A stretch of DNA of 45,757 nucleotides from Desulfomonilia bacterium (GTDB lineage Bacteria > Desulfobacterota > Desulfomonilia > UBA1062), in contig JBASVF010000200.1 of the NCBI GenBank assembly GCA_049275795.1, positions 1-45,757 of the forward strand. Reading direction: 5' to 3'. Under the pieces are notes generated by a model. The model ran no database searches. It saw only the letters and a list, made by a program, of their open reading frames with translations, and was not told the origin of the DNA. The position numbers were made by a program, and so were the translations under genes. Below are positions 17,639 to 26,105 of the stretch, piece after piece. How positions within the stretch are numbered: position 1 is the stretch's first letter; every line of letters starts with the position of its first letter.

Positions 17639-18349
17639 ATGAAAAGGAGATTGCTTTTTTTCATTGTTTTTGTTTGCCTGGCAGGTTTTTCGGGCACAGT
17701 CAACGCCATGCTCTGGGACCGTGGCAGCGGGCTTGTGTATGACGATGTATTCGACATTACCTGGCTTCAGGATGCGAATTATGCGGGGACATCGGGTTAT
17801 ACCGATGGATTGGATTACGGGACCTACACAGACTTGAGCACCGGCGAAAGCTATCCGATTCCATCTGGCCACATGATCTGGAGCGATGCCATGGATTGGG
17901 CGGACAGCCTGGTCTATGGCGGCTTTGATGACTGGCGGCTGCCGATTACCGACCCTGCGGTGAGCGGCTTCGATATCTCCAGCAGCGAGTTGGGGTATAT
18001 GTACTATGTGTAACTCGGGAATGTTGCCGAACCTGCTGACGGAACTCCGAACGCGACTTTCATAGATGGAAACGGCAACGTGGTTTCTTTTTTAAACATC
18101 GAGCCCTTGCGATATTTTACGAGCACGGTGACCGAGCCCAACGAGTTCGGCAATACTGCGGCATGGGCCTTCAGCTTTGAATACAGGAACCAGGTCCTTA
18201 CTTACCCGAACCAATATCTTGGGGCATGGGCGGTCCGCTCCGGCGATGTGGCATCGACGACAGCGCCGGTCCCGGAGCCGGCAACCATGCTGCTCGTAGG
18301 GGCAGGGCTCGTCGGGCTCGCGGGGATGAGAAGACGCCTCAGGCCCTGA
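17639..18349 (+). pseudogene. secreted DUF1566-like protein with PEP-CTERM sorting signal, interrupted by one in-frame TAA
   Basis: Signal peptide MKRRLLFFIVFVCLAGFSGTVNA, then ITWLQDANYA..MIWSDAMDWADSLVYGGFDDWRLP (Lcl/DUF1566-like). The C-terminal VPEPATMLLVGAGLVGLAGMRRR is a PEP-CTERM signal. ORFs 17639..18013 and 18080..18349 are in the same frame and are separated only by the TAA at 18011-18013 (..ELGYMYYV*LGNV..). Confidence 0.75.
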
Positions 18350-18742
18350 CGCCTCGACAACAGCAGGCGGCAGGGCGCAAAGGCGAAGCAGCAAGGCAAG
18401 CCCCCGGCACCTGACCGTGCCTCCCGATGTGGGTCCCAATGGCGGCAAGGCGGGCAGCTCCATCCTGTCAAGAACCTCGATCACCGACGCTGGAATGACT
18501 CGTGCCTTGACGGCTCCTGCTTCTGAGCAGAGCCGTACTCCCGGAGAGCGATCGGACGGGCTCCCATCCCCGATGAGACGCGGCGATTCTGGGAACCGGC
18601 CCGGCTCCAGCCGCAGGGATGACGTCTCGGCGAGTCCCCGCCCGGTCCCTTGAGGGGATTCGGCCGGGACCGTGAACCCGGTATCCTCAAGTTCTCAAGA
18701 TTCCACGATTTACCACAAAAAGCCGCTCGATGTGCGTTTCCA

Positions 18743-18772
18743 ATGGACCGAATCGCCGCAAAAAGGTATACT
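18743..18772 (+). promoter_or_regulatory. sigma-70-like promoter of lipoprotein paralog 2
   Basis: ATGGAC-18 nt-TATACT, sharing GACCGAATC and AGGTATACT with the paralog-1 promoter. It lies about 100 nt upstream of the ATG at 18874. Confidence 0.4.
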
Positions 18773-18873
18773 ACTCTGGCTTTCTCGGGATAATCGGACC
18801 GGACAACCGGAAACCCGGAGTTTTTTCACCATGGTCTATCCATACAGCAAGAAAATGCATCAAGGAGGAATAG

Positions 18874-20544
18874 ATGAGGAAACGAGGCGGTTTTCTGTTT
18901 GTGGCGGCGGTCTTTATCATGCTGGCCTTTGCGGGCTGCTCCGACAGCTCCAGCAGCTCGGACAGCGGCGGCCAGGGCAGCCCTCCCACCGCGCCAGCGG
19001 TTTCGGGCATCGCGTCTTCCGGGGCCGCTATTGACGGCACGGTCACGCTCAAGGACATTAGCGGCGAGGAGCTGGGACCACAGGACATCGGGCCGGACGG
19101 GAGCTTCAGCTTCGACGTCACCGGCCTTACCCCGCCCTTCGTGATCAGGGCCACGGACGGAGCGCGGTCCTGGTATTCCTGTTCACCAGGCCCCGGCACG
19201 GCCAATGTCAACCCCCTGACCACCCTGGTCCTGGCCATGGCCGCGCAGACGGGCAATCCGGCTGCGCTCTACGGCAATCCGGCCCAAATCACTGATGATG
19301 CGATCTCTTCCGCGCTCGAAGACATCCAGGCATTCTTTGCAAACCTCTTTTCCGGCTTCGGCCTCGATGCCGGCTTCGCCCCCTTCACCGGTGACTGCAC
19401 GGTCAACCACGACGGGATCGACGCGCTCTTCGATGCCCTCGAGATCGGCATCAGCCCCGACGGGAATCTCTCGGTCACCAGGAAGGCAACCGGCGAGGTG
19501 CTCGTGAACACCCCGATCACCGGGATCAACCCGGACGAGCCTCTTGAGGATACCGTGACAGCCCTTCTCCTGTGGGGAACCTACAACTACTGCCACCTGT
19601 CTTTCGATACCCCTGCGGCAACAAGCAAGGCTATCGCCGGCAGCTTGACTTTTGCGGCCGACGGTTCTTGGACTGCGGTCGAGGAGGCTTCTTCGAGCGG
19701 GGACACCGGTGATGAACGCGGAGAATATACCATGGCCGGCCCCGGGTATTTCATGCTGTCCGCCGAGCCGGACGGGCCCGGTTTCATGACCTTCGACCGC
19801 GAGATCGCCGTGGTGACGGACATGATCGACGACGGGAATGTGGGCCTCACCGTCCTGTGCAGGCGCGATTCATCATTGAGCGTCTCCGACATCTCCGGGA
19901 CCTACCTCTCGATGAACCTCAACCGGGCCGGCTCCGAGATATCGGTAGTCACCTTTGACGGGGCCGGGAGATTCGTCGCCGGAACAGAAGAAGAGCAGCG
20001 TACCGGCACGTACGCGATCGACCCGGACACGTGCCGCCTGACCCTGACCGTCATGGACGACGAGATCGATGAGGAGATCACATCCTTTGCCATGACCGCC
20101 AAGGCGGGCGACGTGATCGTGGCACCCGAGTTCTCCGCCCCCGATGAGGTGGGGATCAGCATCTTCGTGAGAATCTCGAGCAAGGACGGCTGGGGCGCCT
20201 CGAGCCTGGACGGATCCTATTACTATCTGAGTGAGATCTCCTCCCGGCGCAATGCTTCCCCTGGCGATATGGCGTATGCCTCGATAGGGATGCTGTGGTT
20301 CAATGGGGGCTTCATCGAAGCCTTGTTCTCGTACTCGGACAGGGGCACAGAGCCCGTCTCTGCTTTCCCCTATGCCGTCCTCGACTACCATGACGAACTC
20401 CAGCTGGCTTTCGATCACTTCCTCGTGGACGAGACGGATCTCGGGATAGCCACCCCGGACGGGGAGTTCTTCATCCTCATGGACGACGGGGACCCCGAAG
20501 AGGCAGGCATCAGCCTGGGCATTAAAACACAGCCCTTCTTCTGA
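18874..20544 (+). CDS. large secreted lipoprotein, unknown function (paralog 2)
   Basis: AAGGAGGA RBS, lipobox LAFAGC and a Ser-rich linker. The N-terminal roughly 110 aa are nearly identical to paralog 1 (GSFSFDVTGLTPPFVI, GPGTANVNPLT). The C-terminal end is homologous (GIATPDGEFF..EEAGISLGIKT). Confidence 0.85.
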   Translation: MRKRGGFLFVAAVFIMLAFAGCSDSSSSSDSGGQGSPPTAPAVSGIASSGAAIDGTVTLKDISGEELGPQDIGPDGSFSFDVTGLTPPFVIRATDGARSWYSCSPGPGTANVNPLTTLVLAMAAQTGNPAALYGNPAQITDDAISSALEDIQAFFANLFSGFGLDAGFAPFTGDCTVNHDGIDALFDALEIGISPDGNLSVTRKATGEVLVNTPITGINPDEPLEDTVTALLLWGTYNYCHLSFDTPAATSKAIAGSLTFAADGSWTAVEEASSSGDTGDERGEYTMAGPGYFMLSAEPDGPGFMTFDREIAVVTDMIDDGNVGLTVLCRRDSSLSVSDISGTYLSMNLNRAGSEISVVTFDGAGRFVAGTEEEQRTGTYAIDPDTCRLTLTVMDDEIDEEITSFAMTAKAGDVIVAPEFSAPDEVGISIFVRISSKDGWGASSLDGSYYYLSEISSRRNASPGDMAYASIGMLWFNGGFIEALFSYSDRGTEPVSAFPYAVLDYHDELQLAFDHFLVDETDLGIATPDGEFFILMDDGDPEEAGISLGIKTQPFF

Positions 20545-20625
20545 GGGTGTTTTACGGGCCCGCAGCCGGGACTACGTCCGGGGGCGGGCCCGCCATCCCC
20601 GGGTGATGTTTAAGCCGGGTGCGGC

Positions 20626-22126
20626 TTATTGCCTGGGCACGAAGAACTCCATCTGCGGGAAGTCGTCGAGATCCTTGGAGAGGCCGGCCCGCAGGAACGA
20701 GTTGACCCACTTGACGACGTCGTGCTTCTGGATCGAGGCCTGGAGCCTCCTCATTCGGGCCTGCCGCTCCTCCTGGTCCATGGTGAAGGCCCGGTAGATG
20801 GCGTCGGCCACGCCCTCGAGGTCGTAGGGGTTCACGAGCAGGGCGTGGGGGTAGAATTGGGCCGCGGCCCCGGCGAACTCGCTGAGGATCATGACGCCGT
20901 TGCCCTCGATGCTGCAGGCGCAGTACTCCTTGGCCACCAGGTTCATGCCGTCCTTGAGCGGCGTGATGAGCGCGATCTCGCAGGTCCGGTAGTAGGCCAC
21001 CAGCTCCTTGCGGGGCAGGGAGCGGAAGATGTAGTGCACCGGGGTCCACCCCACCTCGGTGTATCTGCCGTTGATCTCGCCCACCAGGCGCTCGATCTCG
21101 TGCCTGAGCTTCTCGTACTCCTTCACCCCCTGCCGGCTGGGCACCACCACCTGGAGCAGGGTGACCTTCCTCCTCCATATCGGGGTAGCGCGCCAGGGCG
21201 TTATCGAAGGCCAGCAACCGCTGGGGGATGCCCTTGGTGTAGTCCAGCCGGTCCACCCCCAGGATGATCTGCCTCCTGGGCAGGTTCGCGTGAATGATCC
21301 AGGCCTCGTCGGCCACCTCCTGGGTCTTGGCAAAATCTGCGAACTCGCGGTAGTCGATGCTGATCGGGAACGAGCCCACCAGCACGTCCCGGCCGTCGGT
21401 ATGGATGGTGTTGACCTGGCCCCTGCCCTCCACCCGGTACCCCAGCAGAGCCCGCACGCAGCCGATGAAGTTCCTGCGGTCGCGCGCTGTCTGGAACCCG
21501 ATCAGGTCGTACTCCAGTAGCGCATGGAGGATCTGGAACCTCCAGGGAAGCTTGAGAAAGATGTCCAGGGGCGGGAAGGGGATGTGCAGGAAAAAGCCGA
21601 TCTGCCGGTCGACGCCCATTTTCCTGAGCTCCCTAGCCACCAGGATGAGCTGGTAGTCGTGCACCCACAGGTAGTCGCCCTTGAGGGTGTGCTCCCGGGC
21701 ATGCTCGGCGAACTTCCTGTTCACCCGCTGGTAGGCCTCCCAGTACGACGGCTCGAACTTGCAGTTGCTGAAGAGGTCGTGGAACAGCGGCCAGAGGATC
21801 TCGTTTGAGCATCCGTGGTAGTACTGGGCGACCTCGTCCCGCGAGAGGTGGACGTACCTCAGCGAGTACCCGGTGCGGCTCGTCCCTGCCTGGAGCAGCG
21901 CGTCGAGCTGCCTGCCGCTCGGGCAGTCTTCCCGGGGGATGCCGAGCCAGCCCAGCCACAGCCCTCCCCGGTGCTTGAGGACCGGGCCCATGGCGGTGAC
22001 GAGCCCGCCCGATCCGGGCCTGATCTTCCAGTCCCTGGAGCCCGCCTTCTCGATGACTATGGGCAGGCGATTGGAGACCACAACCAGCCGTCCCGAACTC
22101 ACGAGATTTGTCCCCTGCTCGTTCAT
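20626..22126 (-). pseudogene. otsA: trehalose-6-phosphate synthase (GT20), apparent single-base frameshift
   Basis: The N-terminal part (MNEQGTNLVSSGRLVVVSNRLP..GGLVTAM..LWVHDYQL..GVDRLDYTKGI..ALARYPDM) is in the frame of ORF 20552..22354. The C-terminal part (RRKVTLLQVVVPSRQGVKEYE..TPLKDGMNLVAKEY..) is in the frame of ORF 20626..21333. The switch lies at about 21165-21180 (atggaggaggaagg), and removing one G gives RYPDMRRKVTLLQ. Confidence 0.85.
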
Positions 22127-22923
22127 GGCGCAAGCTCCGACCATGCCCTCAGGAAGTCCCTGACCGCCGGGATATCGGGCAGAAACCCCCTGGCTGCGCT
22201 GGGTGTGTCCGGAGGCCCCACCCTGATGCCGAAGCCGGTGTCCCTGATCCTCTCGAATGCGTCCTCGTCGGTGTCGTCGTCGCCGACAAAAACGCATGTC
22301 ACGGGCGGGCGCATTGCCTCTTCGATCTCGGCGAGCGCCCTGCCCTTGTTCCACCCTATGGCCCGGATCTCGACCCCGCCGTTGAACTTGCGCACCTCCA
22401 GGCCGCTTTTTGCCGCGATCCTCTGCCAGAGCCGTGCCACCCCATCCTCGAGCCGGGCCGAGGCAGCGCCGTCGAGCCCGCGGGTGTGGAGGGCAAGGCT
22501 GGCCGGCTTGATCTCCAGGAGCTGCTCAAGCCCCCGCATCTGGATCGCCTCCTGGGCCTCGGCAAGCCCCTTGAGCTGTTCCTTCCCGGGTGTCTTTGTC
22601 ACGATGTCCCCACTGGCGGAGCGCTTCTCGATCCCGTGGCTGCCCACCAAGATCCCGTTAAACGAGCCGAGCAGGATCGCCAGCTCGGCAAGGGGCCGGC
22701 CGGAGATGATCGCCAGGGTGGTGTCACCCCGCATCGTGATCCTCTCGAGAAGGGCCGGGATGCCCGGGTAGGGATATGCCTGCATGCGCTCGAGCCGGAA
22801 AGGCGCGAGGGTGCCGTCGTAATCCAGCGCCAGGAGCTTCCTGGGCGAACGGGCCATCCGGTCCCAGAAATATGGCAGGTTGATCACGGCGGGCTGCCGG
22901 CTTTCCCGATCGCTCCTGATCAT
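22123..22923 (-). CDS. otsB: trehalose-6-phosphate phosphatase (HAD family)
   Basis: LLALDYDGTLAP (HAD motif I), AIISGRP and CVFVGDDDTDEDAF (motif IV). The start ATG overlaps the treT-like stop (ATGA), and its stop overlaps the otsA ATG (ATGA). The upstream 240 codons of ORF 22123..23646 are out-of-frame overlap with treT. Confidence 0.85.
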   Translation of the reverse strand: MIRSDRESRQPAVINLPYFWDRMARSPRKLLALDYDGTLAPFRLERMQAYPYPGIPALLERITMRGDTTLAIISGRPLAELAILLGSFNGILVGSHGIEKRSASGDIVTKTPGKEQLKGLAEAQEAIQMRGLEQLLEIKPASLALHTRGLDGAASARLEDGVARLWQRIAAKSGLEVRKFNGGVEIRAIGWNKGRALAEIEEAMRPPVTCVFVGDDDTDEDAFERIRDTGFGIRVGPPDTPSAARGFLPDIPAVRDFLRAWSELAP

Positions 22924-24161
22924 AGCAGCTCGATCCTGTCCTGGGTTTCGAAGGCCACGGCCACGAGCAGGGTGAGGTACTCGCGCAGGTGCCGGGTGAT
23001 GAGAAAGTTCTCCCGGACGAAGTCCCTGGCCTTGGCCCCCATCTCCTCCAGCCGGTCGCGGTGCCTGAGCAGGTAGCGGATGCGCAGTGCAGCGCCCTCT
23101 GGGGTGTTGACGAGAAACCCGGTATGGTGATTGATGACCTGGAGCCTGATCCCTCCCGTGTCGCCGCCGATGACCGGCTTTCCCTTCCAGAGCGCCTCGG
23201 TCACGGTGAGCCCGAAGCCCTCGCGCGTGGACTTCTGGAGGATGATGTCCGAGATCCTCTGCAGGGCGTTGATGGTGCGGTGATCGTCCGGGGGCAGCAG
23301 CAGGATGTGGATGTCCGGGTCGTCGCCCGCGCTCGTCTTGACCTCGTTGAACACCTCCTCGCCCTCGGGGTCGTCCGTGGCCCCTCCTCCGGCGAGGATG
23401 AGCTGGACCGGGCTGAACTCCTTGACCAGCCGGTATGCGTGCACGACCCCCAAGGGGTCCTTGAACCGGTCGAACCGCGATATCTGGGTGATGATCGGGC
23501 GCTCCGGGTCGAGCCCCCACCGGGAGTATGCCCTGTCGAGCTCGTCCTGCTCGAGCTCGACGTTCTTGTCGCTCAAAGGGTCGATGCTCGGCGGGATGAG
23601 GTACATGGGGTGCGGCAGCCGCTGGGCGAACTCCGAGAGCGACCATACGCTCGCGTCATAGCCCCTGACGAACTCCCGCAAGAACTTCCACACCGGCCGG
23701 TACGGGGTGCTCGCATCGACGTGGCAGCGCCAGATCCACTTGCCCTTGCGGTAGGGAAAGCTCTCGATCATGGCTGCGGGCTGGGGATCGTGGATGAACA
23801 CGATGTCGGCCTCATCGAGCAGCTCTTGGAGGCGCCGGGCGTTCTCGCGGTTCACCTCCTGGTAATGCCGAAGCAGGTGCCCTGGGATGTCGATCCGGTT
23901 GCCCTGCAGGGTGTTGTGCATGAGCTTGGTACACTGGAAGAAGTCGGCATCACCCGTTATGGTCTCCCATATTGCATTGACCTCGAGCTCCTTCTTCAAA
24001 GGAATGATCCGATGGAGGATCTCTGCCACGCCGCCGCCCGCCTTGGTGGAGTTGATGTGAACGATGCGCTTGCCGCCCAGGAGCCCGGCCAGCTGCCTGA
24101 GCTGGTCGATGACATCCCGTCCCACGATCCGCTCGTACTGCTCGAGGAGAGAGGCCATCAC
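22920..24161 (-). CDS. treT: GT4 glycosyltransferase of the TreT (trehalose glycosyltransferring synthase) type
   Basis: 413 aa. The N-terminal IVHINSTKAGGGVAEILHRIIPL..FFQCTKLMHNTLQGN resembles archaeal/bacterial TreT as I remember it. The C-terminal GT1/GT4 motif reads STREGFGLTVTEALWKGKPVIG. The substrate assignment is unverified. Confidence 0.7.
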   Translation of the reverse strand: MMASLLEQYERIVGRDVIDQLRQLAGLLGGKRIVHINSTKAGGGVAEILHRIIPLKKELEVNAIWETITGDADFFQCTKLMHNTLQGNRIDIPGHLLRHYQEVNRENARRLQELLDEADIVFIHDPQPAAMIESFPYRKGKWIWRCHVDASTPYRPVWKFLREFVRGYDASVWSLSEFAQRLPHPMYLIPPSIDPLSDKNVELEQDELDRAYSRWGLDPERPIITQISRFDRFKDPLGVVHAYRLVKEFSPVQLILAGGGATDDPEGEEVFNEVKTSAGDDPDIHILLLPPDDHRTINALQRISDIILQKSTREGFGLTVTEALWKGKPVIGGDTGGIRLQVINHHTGFLVNTPEGAALRIRYLLRHRDRLEEMGAKARDFVRENFLITRHLREYLTLLVAVAFETQDRIELL

Positions 24162-24817
24162 ACACCTCCTTCCGGGAGGTACATGGTGAACACCCGGGCG
24201 AGCTCATCCCTGAGTTCCACCAGGGAGGTGAAGTAGGGGTCGACCTGGAAGATCTGCTCGGCCAGCTCGGCATATGCATCTCCGCAGGACCGGACCCAGT
24301 GCGAAAAGTCGTCCTTGCCCCAGGGCGGGCGCCTCCTCGCATCGATGAAGTGGTAGAAGACGCTGCCCGGAGAGAGGTGAGGGATGAGCTCGCCGAGCTG
24401 CTCCGGCGTGTCGAGCCGTATCCTGGTGTCGAAAACCACGATCTGGGACCTAACGAAGTAGAACCGCTGCGTGGCCCTGACCCAGGGCAGGTACTCGCCC
24501 TCGTCCATCCGCTCTTCGATCAGGTCGATGAGCTCCGTGCGGAGACCCTCGAGGTCGTGGTGCTCGGATGGGTCGACCAGGGCGAGACGCTCCGCGAGGG
24601 GCTTGTCACGCAGGCCCTGGTTTGCCCATATGGCGAAATCGTTCTGGTACTCCGGGTCGTCGAACCTCGGCCTTAAGAGTCCGCCCCAGAAGTGGTAGTA
24701 GATCGAGCTCAGGGGAATGATCTCGAGCCTGTCGCGCAGCTCCGTGAGGGTGTTGGCGTACTGCCCGGTCGCTATGGCTATCAATGCGCAGTCACGCACA
24801 GAAAACGGCTCGTCCAT
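24158..24817 (-). CDS. conserved hypothetical protein (I recall this family as DUF5752), first gene of the trehalose operon
   Basis: 219 aa counted from MDEPFSVRDCALIAIATGQ, preceded by GGAGAGAGG. The stop overlaps the treT-like start by 4 nt. The N-terminal 182 codons of ORF 24158..25363 look non-coding. Confidence 0.6.
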   Translation of the reverse strand: MDEPFSVRDCALIAIATGQYANTLTELRDRLEIIPLSSIYYHFWGGLLRPRFDDPEYQNDFAIWANQGLRDKPLAERLALVDPSEHHDLEGLRTELIDLIEERMDEGEYLPWVRATQRFYFVRSQIVVFDTRIRLDTPEQLGELIPHLSPGSVFYHFIDARRRPPWGKDDFSHWVRSCGDAYAELAEQIFQVDPYFTSLVELRDELARVFTMYLPEGGV

Positions 24818-25490
24818 GATCCTCTCTCCTTTCGCTCCCGGTCCTGCCGCAGCCCGCCCACTTCGCGGGCCGCCGATGGATGTGATACGATAAACGGTTC
24901 TGGATGCAGCCTTGCTGGTAGAAAGATAAATTTTATTATTTAATTCAATAATATAGTTCTGGGCCCATTTGTCAAGTATGGGAGCCCCGGTGCGCGGGCG
25001 CTCCGGGGGAGGGTTTCTTGAGATTGCAGCAGCAGGGGCTATCTTATTACCTGTAGAGAAATCCTCGTGCAGAAAGAATGAGGAGGTGGACCAGAAACAG
25101 GGCTCGCCTCGAAAACAGCAGGTTTTTCGTTTGAAATGTTTACCCCAGGTGGCGTCGTTGATGGAGCGGACAAAATAAAACAGGCTCTCACCACTATCGG
25201 TCCCGCATATTCCAGCGGAAACAAATACCGGCTGACAGGCAGGGGCTCTCCCCGAAACCACGGGAGACCCGCCTATGAGCTGCGGAAATCGTGAAGCCGT
25301 GATGCGGGGAACACAGGTGAACCGACGGGATATTGCAGCGTGCATCCGCGCAGCCGCCGGCATGCCGGCGACCCCGGGTACGGTGCTGACATGGAGCCGG
25401 CCGTGACGGGAACCTTGGAAAAAAGGACGTCATCCTGTCTTTTTATAAGCAGGATGTCCACATAACGAAACCACATAAGGAGGATAGAAC

Positions 25491-25913
25491 ATGAAAAAGT
25501 TTGCCTTGTTGGCTATAGGTGCCCTGATCGTGATGCTCAGCTTCGGCGGCATGGCGTATGCGGCAGGGGAGGATGGTGGAATGGGAGCCGGTGCCGAGGG
25601 GCAGGCCACGGACAAGGTGGATCTCAATACCGCCGGCCTGGACGAGCTGCAGAGCCTTCCGGGAATGGATCAGGAGCTGGCCCAGAACATCATCGACTAC
25701 CGTGAGGCAAGCGGGCCCTTCTCCTCGGTGGACGACCTCGTCAATGTGGAGGGGTTCGACAGCGAGATGATCGAATCGATCCGTGACCAGGTCACGGTCG
25801 GCGAGCTGCCGGGCACCCAGCCCATCGAGCCCCAGGAGCCGGGTGGCGCCCCGGGTGGCACCATGGATCAGCCCATGGGTGAGCCCATGCCCGGCGAATC
25901 GCCCGGGTACTGA
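25491..25913 (+). CDS. secreted ComEA-like helix-hairpin-helix protein, variant hairpins (1 module)
   Basis: AAGGAGGA RBS and signal peptide ..GGMAYA. The module VDLNTAGLDELQSLPGMDQELAQNIIDYREASGPFSSVDDLVNVEGFDSEMIESI is followed by a P/G/E-rich tail. Confidence 0.85.
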   Translation: MKKFALLAIGALIVMLSFGGMAYAAGEDGGMGAGAEGQATDKVDLNTAGLDELQSLPGMDQELAQNIIDYREASGPFSSVDDLVNVEGFDSEMIESIRDQVTVGELPGTQPIEPQEPGGAPGGTMDQPMGEPMPGESPGY

Positions 25914-25955
25914 TCGATCGGGAGATCGATACCGGTAAACAGGTTGAGACGTAAG

Positions 25956-25999
25956 GAAAAGGGATGCCCTGGCGCTTTCCGGTGCCAGCATCCCTTTTC
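25956..25999 (+). terminator. hairpin, possible terminator/attenuator between ComEA-like genes 1 and 2
   Basis: GAAAAGGGATGC(CC)TGGC pairs with GCCAGCATCCCTTTTC, giving a 16-bp stem with a 2-nt bulge and a 10-nt loop. The 3-prime arm ends in TTTTC followed by TCTCC. Confidence 0.4.
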
Positions 26000-26105
26000 T
26001 CTCCTGTGCAGGGTATCCTCATCGAGGAGGTGCACACACATGCTCCGGCAATGGGCCTCTGGGAGGCGCCATCGCTGGCGGCGGGTATGCGAAGGAGGAC
26101 AGATC

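Noticed and set aside
20552-22354. 600-aa ORF taken at face value as one protein
   Set aside because: Its first 76 codons overlap otsB out of frame, and its last roughly 200 codons are junk. GT20 homology switches to the frame of ORF 20626..21333 at about 21170. I therefore interpret it as otsA with a frameshift, starting at 22126.
22123-23646. 507-aa ORF as a large OtsB
   Set aside because: Only the C-terminal 266 aa (from MIRSDRES at 22923) show HAD phosphatase motifs. The upstream part is an alternative frame of the treT-like gene and is Arg/Pro/Gly junk.
24818-25363. N-terminal extension of ORF 24158..25363 (401 aa)
   Set aside because: The extension is compositionally atypical and crosses an AT-rich promoter-like block. 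A good RBS precedes the internal ATG at 24817, where the conserved-looking protein begins.
25200-25440. Riboswitch (cobalamin, c-di-GMP-I, glycine) in the leader of the ComEA-like array
   Set aside because: GGGAACACAGGTGAACCGACGG superficially resembles the cobalamin core GGGAA..GGTGAAA.TCC. However, no B12 box and no GEMM or glycine consensus elements are present.
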